Assembly (NCBI RefSeq): GCF_032062105.1
Contig: NW_026933409.1
Location: forward strand, 372,001 to 436,000
Direction: 5' to 3'
From: Saccostrea cucullata
Lineage: Eukaryota
DNA length: 64,000 nt
The notes below the pieces were generated by a model. That model was not told the DNA's origin. It searched no databases and saw nothing but the letters and a program-made list of their open reading frames with translations. The first letter of the stretch is position 1. Each line of letters begins with the position of its first letter. A program made the position numbers and the translations under genes. This document shows, piece by piece, positions 37,301 through 49,845 of this stretch.

Positions 37301-39420
37301 TCTTTTCATCATATGATAACCATAGTGCATATTATATTCAATCAAGTCAATGACTACCCCACCTTCCCGCCAGGGAGATCTGATTTTGTTTAGACATTGG
37401 TCCGAGCAGACTTCATCACAGGTCCCTGGTACAGATAAACAGGCTTGGCGGAACAATCTTCTCTTCTCCAACTTTATCTTGTAATGAATAACAAAACAAA
37501 TTTCTACATACATCTAACTAAATAATAAATATCCAGTTTTATGTAGAGATGTTTTTTGGTTGAATGCTGGATCCTTAATCATGTTAATAGCACAGGTACT
37601 TGGGTCGTGGTTTACAAATATGTATAATGTACCTTATTGATACGTAAAAAAAAAGTATATCAATAAGGTACATTATACCTACACATCAAGGGCGGATTCA
37701 GGGGGGTTTGGGGGGGTTCGGGAAAACCCCCCCGCTCATTTTTTTTTTTTTTTTTTTTTTTTTTACAAGTGTCATTTTATCATTTTGTTGCATTGATAAG
37801 ACTCTAAAAACATAAACCCTTTGTTTGTACAACTGTGAAATATACATCCACTACGTAACAGGAAATCTCTTTCCGCTTGAACGCACTCAATACACAGGTA
37901 ATCAACAGAGAGAGTGCCTCAGAGATCGGGTAGTCCGTGCATCTAGTGAAGTCACAAGGTCACTGTACAATGTAATCAGGTACCAACAACAGAAAACTGC
38001 ATAGTTACGGTGCTGCTCAGTAATATTCTTTTGCTGATAAAATGCATGTTTTTTTAAACTATGAATAAACTATTATTCAGGTTTTTTTTTTTTTTTTTTT
38101 TTTTACCGTTTTAAAATTAAAGTAATATAATTTTTTTAAAAACCCAGGTTGGCTTAGCAAACCCCTCTAGTTTCGACAGATTCTCCCGTTTATGTAAATT
38201 TTTTCTTCAGTTAAGACAGTTTGAAATTTCATTAATTGTACACGTGTGTTTATATTCCAAATCATATTGACAGTATATACTCAAGTAAGTCGAAAAGCAC
38301 AAGTTAGGGATTCTGAAAAGAATTCAATTTTTAATTTTTTTAGTGTTTAAAAATTTGGTACATTAGTTGTATCTTGGAAGTCAGCTTGACATAGGACTAA
38401 ATTAATTGTAGGTGCATTTAAAGTAAAGACAACTTGAAGTCAACTGCTTGCATTCCTAAAATTGTCAGATTTAACATTTTTTTTAAAGCAAATTCTAAAG
38501 TCTTGTGTTAAATTTAAATTAAATTGAAAACATTTTATTAAAAATTTGTAATGATCGGTCTTTAAAAAAGCTACAAAAAGTACCCCCAAAATGCTGGAAA
38601 ATGCACCATTTAGAACCATTTAAAACAAAATTTTCTCGGGGGAGGCCCCGAACCCCCACCTATGGGAGGGGGACACCCCTCCCATGCCCTCCCCCTTCGG
38701 TCCTTTGGGCCTCAACCCCCCCCCCCCACATGAACTTCTGGGTCCGCCACTGCACATTTATAATGGAACGTACCACGACGCAAGTACCTGTGGTTAAGAG
38801 TACTGAAATGTAAACAGAAGTCTACTTGATTCCGAATAAGCACACTTGTTGCTGGTATTGGTGCAAATATCAGATTTATTCAGATAACAGTAACCCTTTT
38901 TAAATTAAAAGATTTAAATAAAGCAGATGTTATACTAGTTAGAATAATCTAACTGTGTCTCGGTACAGGCCCTCACCACAGTTAGAATACGTCCCATATA
39001 CTTGCAACGTAGCAAATCGGAGCGGATCCGCTCCGAAACGATTTTGAAGAATATAAAAATTTGCACTGGGAATAACTACCAAAATAATCAAAACAAACCT
39101 TCTTGAGATTGCTTATTCCTTTTATCCAAAAAAAAATAATCCATATAAATACGTAAATCCAATTAATTTTCTCAACGTTTTTCTCTCCATTCAAATGTTT
39201 ACATTCGGAACTCTCTAGATTGTTCCTAGTAAATGCACTATCGCCCGTGTTTCTTTCTGCTACATTACGAATACACGGAACGAATTCTATCGTTAAACCG
39301 GGTCCGTAGGACAATATCATTTTAACGATAGAACATTCTATCTAATGTTATACAAAATCTCTGATGGTAAGCATTTTAACTCACCAGAGCGAGATAATCA
39401 AGTCCAAGATACCTCACCAT
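19328..39420 (-). CDS. SHOC1: Shortage-in-chiasmata 1 (ZIP2/C9orf84) homologue, a meiotic crossover XPF-like protein; about 26 exons (e.g. 39385-39420, 36855-37175, 36471-36603, 31278-32423, about 30639-30866, about 29068-29248, about 26101-26308, about 22193-22296, about 20969-22002, about 20248-20675, last exon about 19328-19409)
   Basis: Spliced exons give motifs I recognise from SHOC1: N-terminal [12 protein letters not shown]; DPLL; [15 protein letters not shown]; [16 protein letters not shown]; ERCC4-like [11 protein letters not shown]; [38 protein letters not shown] (HhH2); C-terminal [17 protein letters not shown]. Confidence 0.9.
22546..23130. mobile_element. HINE/DINE-1-like (Helentron-associated, pearl-like) non-autonomous element
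   Basis: aacaagatgtgtttgtgaaacactatgccccc start, internal aggtcaa-rich repeats, (GACA)n microsatellite and complementary end gggggcataaaa. Confidence 0.7.
24362..26050. mobile_element. HINE-like element carrying an array of about 170-bp satellite units
   Basis: Start aacaagaggcccatgggcc..aggtcacctgagt; terminal hairpin aggtcacctgagt-tt-actcaggtgacct preceded by a (gac) microsatellite; central degenerate tandem repeats. Confidence 0.8.
26731..28765. mobile_element. Second HINE-like element of the same family, with about 7 homogeneous 168-bp repeats
   Basis: Same termini. cccaggagcagagaagaagattttc recurs at about 27343, 27511, 27680, 27848, 28016, 28169 and 28337. Confidence 0.82.
30959..31217. 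mobile_element. PIF/Harbinger-type MITE
   Basis: TIR ggccataataaa / tttattatggcc, TSD tta. Confidence 0.75.
32971..34222. mobile_element. PIF/Harbinger-type non-autonomous element
   Basis: 33-bp TIR ggccagataaaattaatctttagattctcatcc (1 mismatch), TSD tta. Confidence 0.85.
33749..33948. mobile_element. TA-flanked MITE nested in the Harbinger element
   Basis: ta|ctgtaaatcact ... agtgatctacag|ta, with internal tcgcga-rich repeats. Confidence 0.75.
35013..35351. mobile_element. Palindromic MITE
   Basis: About 40-bp imperfect TIRs aattctcagttaaccttggactttcagtaaggtgtggcatt / aatgccacgccttactgaaagttcaagcttacctgagaatt. Confidence 0.7.
37591..38792. mobile_element. Palindromic MITE (cacaggtacttgggtcgtggt / accacgacgcaagtacctgtg) with a nested hAT-like element at about 37687-38752
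   Basis: Outer TIRs and an inner hairpin tataatgtaccttattgata..tatcaataaggtacattata. The nested element has caagggcggattcag / ctgggtccgccactg termini and is flanked by cacat on both sides. Confidence 0.65.
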
Positions 39421-40096
39421 AGTCGGCCTGTCATCACAGCCAAAGATTTCACACCTCTAAACAACATTTAATATGCATAAGCTTCTAACTGCATAAACTA
39501 AAAAAATATGATTGCAGCAAATTATAACTTTCTCAATCAAAGACAGCAATCAACATCACTTCCTACCGTCTGCCAGATTTTATTTAGTGAATTTTGAACC
39601 CGATGTTATTTATAGTATTAAATAAAAAACTACAGGTCAAAACGGACATGGGGGTTGGGAGTGGGGTGGATCGAACTACTTTCAGTACAATTTTTTTTTT
39701 CAAACACTGACACTTACCCGTCTTTTACTATATGTTGAGAGGGGGTGGGGGCCAAACCTACGCCCCATTTTCAATGCGTATCTTTGTAAAATTAGGGGGG
39801 ACAGCTGCTTTTTCAATGTAATTGGAAGTATAGGGACCTGTATACAGTTAGTATATAAAATCCCTGATGGAATTTATATACTTATGTACATTGTCATTGG
39901 TCATTTGCAAAATCATTTTTTTTAAAACATTGTACACACAATTTAAGTACTCTGAAGTTGGCATTAAAAAGATGCTTTCAAGAGTTTCTTATTGCCAATA
40001 TCTATGTGATTTTTGGAGACCAAGTTTTCCAACAATCTATTCAGACTATTGCATGGAATTCCATGCATGGGTGCCAATACTGCGCCCCGTTATTAG

Positions 40097-40407
40097 GGTG
40101 TGTTCCCATTTCGCCTTAACTGTGAAATTCAGGTAAGAAAAAGTCAAAAAGTACTAAGGCGAAATGGGAATTTTAATATTTGTAAAAATTATTATAATTT
40201 AAATTTTAAGAATTGAATTAGATTGAATTTAACAGTTAATTGAAATTTATGAATACAGTGAATGAAATAATACATTTAACACCAAGTATTTAAAAAAATA
40301 CTTTATGCTAAATATTTTAAATCTTCATCACCTTAATTCACCTGAGAGCTTACTAGGGCGAAATGGGAATGCTAAATTTTACAGTTAAGGCGAGATGGGA
40401 ACAAACC
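40097..40407. mobile_element. GG..CC MITE with 8-bp TSD (Merlin- or hAT-like)
   Basis: TIR ggtgtgttcccatttcgccttaactgt / acagttaaggcgagatgggaacaaacc; TSD gttattag. Confidence 0.8.
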
Positions 40408-40415
40408 GTTATTAG

Positions 40416-40503
40416 CATCGTCTCAAGCCACGGTCCGGAGTCCGCATATAGCTCTCTCCAGAATGGGAGAGGATCGTACATTTGGCCGTGGTTTGCGACG
40501 ATG
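40416..40503. mobile_element. 88-bp CATC..GATG hairpin element with 9-bp TSD (AcademH-like non-autonomous)
   Basis: catcgtctcaagccacgg / ccgtggtttgcgacgatg; TSD cgttattag. Confidence 0.7.
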
Positions 40504-40526
40504 CGTTATTAGCAGACCTATATTTT

Positions 40527-40582
40527 TCAGTGTTCAGCCCTCATGCGTCCTCCGGGGCACGAAGAGGATAAGTAAGTAAGTA
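40527..40582 (+). mobile_element. 5'-truncated LINE/SINE 3' end with (TAAG)n tail (RTE-like)
   Basis: gccctcatgcgtcctccggggcacgaagaggataagtaagtaag flanked by a tattttt duplication. Confidence 0.55.
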
Positions 40583-41707
40583 GTATTTTTGTATTCATAT
40601 GAAGCAGAATTGGTCCAAAATATTAAATTCATGAAAAAAAAGAAAACACTTGCTGTGGCTTTCAACTGGACATTTTGATATATATATCGATCGACGACGT
40701 TTTGTCAGCTAACAATGTTATTTCCATTCTTATAGATCGATACGATATTTTACAGGTGAGCTTGATATAATATATACCCCATAGTCTGACACATCTGTTT
40801 CATATTTTAAATGTTTTACTTGAAAAGACGTTAATGGTAATCTAACAATCAAGCTTTGTGATAAATATGGCGACTTAATCATTTCAATCGTCAATTTCTT
40901 TTACTAGTGAACAATATACTTTCATCACCTGCATGCGGAGTTTATATATCTCAGATGATTCGATACGCAAGAGCCTGCTCTACGTATGTCGTATGAACAA
41001 TTTTCTAAGACGAGGTAAGATATCGACAAACAAGTTGATGTAACAAGATTATCAGCAGTCTCGTTTAAAGTCATCATTTCGTAAGTTCTATGGCCGATGC
41101 AATGAACATGTCAGCAAATACAATTTATCATTGAGTCAAATGCTGACTGATATTTTCATACCAATTAATTGTTAGTCCATTATTTATACACTGAATTGTG
41201 AGTAAAAGTATGTGAGTCTAAAGTTCCAAGATATTAAATTTAGATTTTTTTTCAGACTTATCTGCTAAATATCCTTCCACCACTAAAAATAGTCCCTCAC
41301 AAATCTTGCTTCTTTGTAGCTTTTTTGAGCAGTTTTTTCGTTGAATGTTAAACCATCGACATTGTTAAAATTAAATATGTTATAAAAATTGAATTTTGAT
41401 AAATAGTTTTGAAGTAAGAGGGCCTGCGTGAACTTTTCCAAAAAGCTGACGAGTGACCTACCTTAATTAATTTTTGTGGCGTGTTAAACTTCAATGACGT
41501 CACAATTAAACTTTCAATACGATGTACAAGGAATGTGAAATCTGACCTTCCTTAACATAGCTGAGTATACTGTTTATTGGACTTTTGAGCTTGAACACTG
41601 TTCGTTATCTCAATATATTTCATTGTAAAATTTTGATCCCCCATTGTGTCACCTCCCTACCCCAGGTTGTTATGATTTAAAATAAAATGAATCTACAGTG
41701 CGTTAAG

Positions 41708-41834
41708 CATCTTCGCTAGCCAAGGGTTTTTGGTCCGCACCGCTCCCGTTTATGGGGAGCGGTGCAGACCGAAAACCCTTGGCTAGCGAAGATGGGGAGC
41801 GTTGCGGACCGAAAACCCTTGGCTAGCGAAGATG
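41708..41834. mobile_element. CATC..GATG hairpin element with duplicated right arm and 9-bp TSD
   Basis: catcttcgctagccaagggttttt..ccgctccc plus two tandem copies of gggagcg..aaacccttggctagcgaagatg; TSD tgcgttaag. Confidence 0.8.
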
Positions 41835-41849
41835 TGCGTTAAGAGATAT

Positions 41850-43880
41850 TCTCCCATTTTACTTAAAGAAGACGTTAATGGTAATTCAACAACCAAGCTT
41901 CATGATAATTAAACGTTATGGCTTAAATAACTTTTAAATTTAATTTTCAACTTCTCTTACTTATGCAGCAAAATGCCTTCATAACCTACATACAGGATTT
42001 ATATTTCTCGGTTGATTCGATACTTAGTACGCAAGAGCATGCTCTACGTATGAACTATTTCTAAAACGAGGTACGTTAATATTGCGAAACAAGATGATGA
42101 AAAAGAATATCAGTAGTCTCGTTTAAAGTCATCATTTTCATAAGTTCTTTGGTCGATACAATGACCTTGTCAGCAAATGCAATGCAATCGATCATAAAGT
42201 CAAATGCTGACTGACGATTTTCGTACTAACTGTTAGACTATTATATTCATTTGAATATGTAAATTCATGTAATGAATTCGTGTGATGGGACTTTTTAACC
42301 ATATACGTAAGTGTAGTCATTGGAATCGTTCTTACAATAAACCTTTAATATACAGTGTCTCTTTTGATTCATTACTACCTTATGTAAATCAGCAGTTAGG
42401 TCTACATCGTATTCGCACCAAGCTCTACTCTTTCCCTTTGAAACTTTTAAATAGTCTTCTTGAAAAGGTCAAGGGAAGCCCGTTTTTGATTTTTTGATAC
42501 CAGAATATCTTCTTTTCCTTAAACTTCAATATGCCAATAAAGAAATTGACGAGGGTAATACAAATAATATTCCGAATCAGAAAAGGGTCCAGTCTTGTAT
42601 TCCATCATACATCAATGAAGGATATGGAGATAACGAACAGTATTCAATATCAAAGTCCATAAAACAATACAAAATAGGAGCAGAGCAAACACGGACCTCC
42701 AAAACAGAGATGGAATCAAGTGCCATAAGGAGTGAGTACCCCTTGCCGATCGGTCACACCCGCATTGTGATCCTTGTCATAATTGAGAAATAACGGGAAA
42801 ATCCGTCATCAGTTCAGCGTATAAAGAATGGAGTACATGTAACATTTAGTATGAAAAACACCAGTCAGCAGCATTTGACTCATTGTTAAATAGTATTTGC
42901 TGACAAGGTTGTATCGACTATAGAACTTACAAAATGATGAATTTTAACGAGATTGCTGATATTCTTGTTTCATCAACTTGTTTGTCAATAATTTATCTCA
43001 TTTTAGAAAATGTTCATACGTAGAGCATGCTCTTGACTTGAGTATTGAATCAACTGAGATACATAAACTCCGTATGCATGTGATGAAGGTATATTGCTGC
43101 AAAAGTAAGGAAAGTTGACGATAGAAAAGTTCAAGTTATCACATTTATCACAGAGCTTGGTTGTTAGATTACCATTAACGTCCTTTTCTAGTAAAATATC
43201 CAAATATGAAACAGATATGTCAGACTCTGTGGTATCTTATATCTCAAGCTCAACAGGATATATCGTATAGACATAAGAATGGAAATTACCATGTTAATTG
43301 ACAATATGTCGTCGACACATGTACATCTCAATGTCGAGTTGGAGGCCTCGGCAAGTGTTTTCTTCTTATCACGCATAAGATCTTGCACAAATTCTGCTTC
43401 ATGAATATAAAAATAGGCATGCTAATAACGGGGCGCAATTGGTACCCATGGGAATTCCAATAGATTGTTTGGAGACCTGGTACATCCAAAAACCACATAG
43501 ATATTGTCAATCAGAAACTCAAGCATCTTATTTTTCATTTATGGAAAATGAAAATGAGTCAAATGCTGAATGATGTTTTTCATGCGAATTGTCGATACAT
43601 TACTGAATTGACAACGGGTTTTCCCGTTATTTCCCGATCATGACAAGAAGCACACGGCGGATGTGACCGGTCGGCAGGGGATGCTCACTCCTCCATGGCA
43701 CCTGATCCCACTTCCGATGTATTGGAGGTCCGTGTTTGCTGCTGTGCTCCTGCTTTATATTGTTTTATGGAGTTTTTGATCTTGAATAATGTTCGTTATC
43801 TCATGTTTCATTCATCCGCTGAATTATCGATGGATTTCCCCGTTATTTCCCTATCACGGCCAAACCGGTCGGCAGGGGAT
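41850..43880. mobile_element. Cluster of PLE fragments in both orientations (+ 41850-42240, + 42270-42610, - 42615-43530, + 43550-43880)
   Basis: The minus copy spans LIDNIYVVFG..GIPMGTNCAPLL..VDDILSIN..3' UTR. The plus piece encodes FLKLQYANKEID..N..NQKRVQSCIPSY from the upstream RT region. Confidence 0.78.
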
Positions 43881-44179
43881 GCTTTCTCTTTTTGCCGTTT
43901 CAAAGGACTGTTTTTTTATTTGCACTTATTTTTATTGTTTAAATAGACTACACTGTAAAAAAATGTGCTTAGAAATTAAACACTACCATAACATGTTTAT
44001 ATCTAAACATGTTTAATAATATGTTTAACAACTAAACACTTCGGTCCAAAGTATTTAATACCTTAACACGTTTAGAAATTAAACGTGTTTCATTCTTCAG
44101 TCAGTGAAATACGGAGTTGTCTTCCCGGAAATGATCGAGATATATTCAAACATTAGTTAGTCGGAAAATAGCTCTTCAG

Positions 44180-44221
44180 AGCTAATATTCTTTGTTGATG
44201 TACCTGACTTTAAATAAATAT

Positions 44222-44251
<30 letters not shown>
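44180..44251 (+). mobile_element. LINE 3' end with (TTATC)n tail
   Basis: aataaata followed by an attatcttatcttatcttatc microsatellite tail. Confidence 0.45.
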
Positions 44252-44252
<1 letters not shown>

Positions 44253-46870
44253 GCGCGGTTGTTGAACAAAGAAAATCACAGGATTAGGAGAAAGCTGTTT
44301 TTCCTAGCAAAATGATAGACATTCAAGATACAACCGTTGCAGAAAAAGTGAAATACACGAGGGAGGCTTTTTGAAAACTGATTTAGAATGTTTGTATGTT
44401 TTTATTTACACAAAATGAGCATGACGAGAAAGGTAAACAATATCAGCATGCAGTACTTGCTTATCTTAGGATCTCGCATTCTTTACTGAATTTAAAAGAT
44501 ACAATGTACACCATCATTAATTAATACAGCTTGACTATTCATAATACAGTTATAAAATAATGGATATATTAATGGATGATCAATTTCAACAAAGAGGTCA
44601 TATATCCTGTACTATTATTGAGTTACGAATAGTATGTTGTGTGTGTCTTCTACACACGAACAAATCTTGGATATAGTACATACTATTAGTATGCTTTTAC
44701 ATGAAACCCAATTAATAATTGAAATTCTTTTATTTATGACAGAGAAAATGATGGAGAGGTTAAAAAGACTTTCAATCACACGGAGAAAACATTAACTTCC
44801 AACAGAAAAGAATCACTGATTTGATCAGTGGTACAAGGTAAATTTATGTTACTTGTACAGTGTACTTGTACTTCATTTAAATGTGTTAAACTTGCTGTTG
44901 ATCTATCTTTTATATGTCAGAGGTTTTCTCAGCTTGCCTCTCTCATGGACTGTTTCTTTCTCTAGTGTTAAGATTTAAATTTCTGTCCATTACATTTGTT
45001 TTAATTTGATTTTTTACTAATATTTTTTGTAGGTTTTACTATCAAAGCAAAAACGTAAGGATCAAGCCAAGTTGAAGATCAGCAAATAGGAAAAGAATAG
45101 CATTATGAACATCATTATTGAAAGAGGACTGGAGATAATGGGGGCTACTAAAGTTGTGTTGTGTTCCTAAGCTCGGGACTTGAGATATCCCAAATACTTT
45201 CAAATTTTTGGACGTTTTACGCTTTGTATTGAGCTTGAAAAATGTTCGTTTTCTCCATATATTTCATGTATTTACTTTATCGAAATATACGAACATTTTT
45301 TTTATAAAAACACTTCAATTAAATATCACCGTTGATACATAACACAAAAAAGTAAGATTATTCAAGATTCATTTATTCATTCAATAACTTAGATAAAAAA
45401 GATTCAAAATTAAAAGGTTAAAAATATTTGGTCACTTGAATATATTATATGGCACAAAGATATAGAAAGATGCAATTGACATTTGAATTGATTTACAAAC
45501 AATTTATTTATCTATACAAGTATACAAATTGGTTTAATCACTCTTCGTTGGTGTCATATCATTTGCCTGGATTTTTTATATGACATAAATTTGTCAACCA
45601 AACACTGTGGTTTCATAATTTATTTGCTGAACACAATGTTCGCTGATTGCGATGTTAAAGAATATCAAAATGTTTGATCAAAGTTGCAAAAAAAAAAAAA
45701 AATTAATAACTAAGAGTTTTACATTAAAGAGCTGTCCACGATTTAACACATCATTTATTTGTATCCAAAACCACGAAATTTGATCCACATAAAAATTATT
45801 GATACCACAATTATATTCAACAAAAAACCGATACTCTATATAAAGCATGATAAAAATAACTAAATAAGAATAATGAATATATAAAATCAGTACATGTAAG
45901 TTTTGCGAAGCATGCATATTCAAGTCTTAAAGTATTTTTTTTGGTTCTATTTTTCTGCTTCAGTAACAAAGTCCCGCGTTTCCTGTGTCATAGGCAGGTA
46001 CTTATTATATATTTGGACAATTGATGACTAGCAACAATAGTCTCGTCCTTCTATTTTGATTTTTGTTTTATTTTGACTGATAAATCATCTCATTCATTCA
46101 TCTCCATGGTGCCTCTATAATACTCTTAGATCTGAACTATGCCTTATAAAGTTAAATCTTCTAAATTTGAATGATGGAGCCTAATATTTAAGGGCTCATC
46201 ATCTTTCTGTCCAAAAGACGGATAAATTTCTATTCTTCAGTCTTTCATTGTTCAATAGTTTGGAGTATAAAGATAATTTAGGTCAGATACGACAATATCA
46301 CATTATATCAAACATCACACTAAACATTACATGGTCCCCCCTTTTAAGAAGTTTTCTACATGTATATATAGAAACAGATTTCAGACGGGGATGACATATG
46401 AGGTGTTAGTCTCAAGATTTACGAATGCAACGAATGAAAAGTGCTTGTCATTGAATTAATATAATTAAACTTGTGAGATACATTATGATATGAGGAAACA
46501 ATCTTTTGATGAATTGAAATATTTCACTCTGCATTTTCTTTTTAAAAAGTTGTTCCTCACGAACCATCAGAACGCGGACCAAGACTTCCTTTTCATTTTC
46601 TTTTAATCTGAAAGAGAGCAAAATAAAAGTTTCTATATACCTGATTCTTCATGATCCAAAAATCCACAAAAACAAATCAAAGGAAATATTTTGCCTGGTT
46701 ATAAGTTTTTCCGAGATGTATTCATAAAAAATAAATATTTTGGTATAGGGTTTTACAAATTTTGTTTTACAACAAAACATTTTAGGTATCCTATCTTATT
46801 GTAGACACTTTACCATTTACTTACCTTTTACAGGTATTTTGTTTCTAACAGAAAGAATTCCGTCCGCATC

Positions 46871-48120
46871 TCAATGCCGATCTCCTCGTCTGAAGTTTGT
46901 ATAGCTTCTACAAAAATCAGTTTATACATTACTAGTGTTATAACAGACAACAGGTTTAGTATCACAAGCAATTGGGTACTATTAAAGTGATTCTAAATGT
47001 AGAATAATTTGCAATCTGTCTTTTCAATTAACTACAGACTTACTGCAAACACAGTCTTATCAAAAACCAGTCATCATCTGCACTGACCAAAAATAAAGTA
47101 AATACTGATTTTAAAATTTGACATTCTAATACTGAACCTCCTGGGAGGGGAGTGTTGTGAGGACACTTCTATCTGCTCCTCTTCCTCCTCTTCTGAATCC
47201 TCCTCCTCATCACTTCCCCCGTACAGCTCCTCTCTCAGGCTCCTCAGAATTTCGTCCTCATCCCCATCCAGGTCAAGATCATTGTCCGACAGAATTTCTT
47301 TTTGCAGCAAAGATACATATTTAAGATTTAAAGATTCACAAAAGTTGAAAAAAATAATCTATGTATATCTTTAAAACAGGGATTTGGTCAAGCTTGAAAA
47401 ACATACGGAAAGAAATATTTATCAATTACCTTGAACTTGGCGTGAATTTACATTATGGCTCTTTTTGCATCGTCTTCCAAACTTGCAGGTGCCCTTAACA
47501 TAAAATTCACACAGGTGAAGATAAGAGCAGTCCTCTCTCTCGCAGACTCGGCGGTTGTAGTAATAACAGAGCTTTAATGGTACGTGGTCCTTCGTGGAGG
47601 AGGTGACGCTCTGTGTCTTATTCCCGGTCTCTTCCTTTATTATTTTCTTGATGGTCGGTAGGTCCATAAACTGAAGATGATGGTGCTGCAGCACTTTCCT
47701 ATTGTGCTTGGTACTCAGTGTATGCGGATAGGGACAGGGTTTTCTAGTTTTTTTCTTCGTATGAATGCAGTTGTCCAGCATAAAGTATTTACAGATGTGG
47801 AGATCCTTGCATTGCGGAAAACCAGGACAGTTCCTCACATTGTCACAGACGTCGATGTTGAGGTGAAGTGAAACATCCGGGTCCTCTTGTGACCCTTTAA
47901 GACTGAAGGATTCCGAGTAGCCCTGTAGTATCTTCTGAAGTGTGAGCGGTTTTAGCTGGAGATACCTACAATGGGGGTCGTTTTTGATAGCCATCGTCAG
48001 TTCAGATAGTGTCAAACATTTCTCACTACCCAGGATTCTTTCAGTTGTCTCTTTGATGAACTGAGAGAATGACATAGGGGTAGGCGGAGGCCCACCTGCT
48101 TCACGTTTCAGGTATGCCAT
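46871..48120 (-). CDS. ZAP/PARP12-like CCCH zinc-finger protein (exons 47430-48120, about 47138-47297, about 46871-46907)
   Basis: N-terminal HTH-like region followed by C-x5-C-x5-CKDLHICKYFMLDNC-x9-CPYPH and LCYYYN..C..C.YLHLCEFYVKGTCKFGRRCKKSH, the paired CCCH pattern of ZC3HAV1/PARP12. Acidic tail. The 3' exon structure is less certain. Confidence 0.8.
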
Positions 48121-48859
48121 TACTTTGCTGAAGTGACGGTATAATCGTGTGATATATGGTATATGACGTAAAGTCTGTTTATATCATTTTCCTATTTAAG
48201 GAAACAATGTATTTAATTTAATATCTATGTATTTAAATGATTAACGTTTAATTTATCTTTATCTTGTATTACGTTTGAATTCTTGTTACTATTCATATAC
48301 AATATTTTATGTTTTGTAATACTCTTGAATTACTTCAAGTTGTTTCAAGATTTTAAAGACGAGGTTTCGACAGCTATTTGGCAATATCAGATATATATTT
48401 TACTTAATTAAAAAACTAAATTGTGAACACTTACGATTTATAAATATAATATCTCTTCTTCTTTAAAAAAGCTTTTTGCTTCCGTGTTGACCAAAAATCC
48501 CATGGTTAAAAATAGACAAGATTTCTACTTTCATTTTAAAAGAATGGACCGCTTTAATGTACAGTAATATGATATTCTGTTCTGAATCATTGTCTATATA
48601 TGAAAAGAATAATCGCAAATTACGTGCTGCTTATATTAGAATTCAAAGTAATGCAAAGAATCGAAAATAAAGGCTTCATAAGTTGTGCGAGTTATCGTTC
48701 ATGTTTCAAGCAATGTCTCTTATCATACAATTGAGATCAGATGACATTAAAGTTATTTAAAATTCTTTGTGAAATTCTCATAAAAAGTATTTACAGTTAA
48801 AGGGAACAATATAATCACATGTTTCATAACACAAACAAATACAAAGAGCAATGCTGTAT

Positions 48860-49845
48860 ACGTAATGACTTCTCAATCGTCAACAACCCTATACATACAT
48901 GTATAAAGAAATAAATCCTTAGTCCGTGCATACGGAGTTTACGCCTCTCACTTGATTCGATACGCAGGGGCATGCTGTACGTATGAGCAATTTCCCTAAA
49001 AGCGAATCAAATTCTTTTCAACCAAACTGATGAAATAAGGATATCAACACTCGTTTTGAAGCCATTTTTTTGCAAGTTTTATAGTCAATAAAAATAAAAA
49101 TAAAATAAAATAAAGTAAAAAGTCATTTACTGACGATTTTCATATGGATTGTTAGGCTACTTTACAGACTAGGTTGTCTACGGATTTTTATTTGCTGATC
49201 ATGAGACAAGATGTGGAGAAAATGAACAGAACTTTATCATTTTCAGAAGAGAGCAAATACTATAAGGACACAATTCAAATGTCTAACACATGACAATAAA
49301 TGAAATGAATATAAAATGAAACATATGGAGATAATGAACAGTATTCAAGATCAAAAATACATAAGACAATACATACTAGGAGCAGAGCAAAAACGGACCT
49401 CAAAAACATCAGAGGTAGGATCTGGTGCCATGGAGGAGTGAGTATCCCCTGCCGACCGGTCACACCCGCCGTGTGCTCCTTGTCATGATCGGGAAATACG
49501 GGAAAATCCGTCGTCAATCCAGTGTATAAATAATGGAATAGTAATTTGTATGAAAAACGTCAGTCAGCAATTGATTTAGTGATAGATTGCATTTGCTGAC
49601 AAGGCTTTATATGTATCGACCATAGAACTGACGAAATGATGACTTTTTAACGAGATTGCTGAAATTAATTGTTTCATCAACCTGTTTGTCAATAATTTAC
49701 CACATTTTAGATATTGTTCATACGTAGAGCATGTTCCTGTGTATCAATCAACTGAGAGATTTAAACTCCGTATGCAGGTGATGAAGGTATATTGCTGCAT
49801 AAGTAAGGGAAGTTGACGATAGAAATGCTAAAGTCATCACGTTAC
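48860..49845. mobile_element. Two PLE 3' fragments tail to tail (+ 48860-49210, - 49310-49845)
   Basis: Same RT-thumb and 3' UTR sequence as the other copies. Confidence 0.75.

Larger units (their letters stand above)
39900..41200 (+). mobile_element. Degraded PLE (Naiad-type) RT, motifs B-C through the 3' end, carrying three nested insertions
   Basis: Remnants of QVFQQS..GIP.MG.NCAPLLADL.FLYSYEAE, YIDDVLS and YPGELD; the reading frame is restored when the inserts are removed. Confidence 0.8.

Noticed and set aside
38930-39350. ORF 38982-39320 and hairpin ttctatcgttaaa..tttaacgatagaa
   Set aside because: Lies in SHOC1 intron 1 and is probably a non-autonomous repeat remnant; boundaries and TSD could not be defined.
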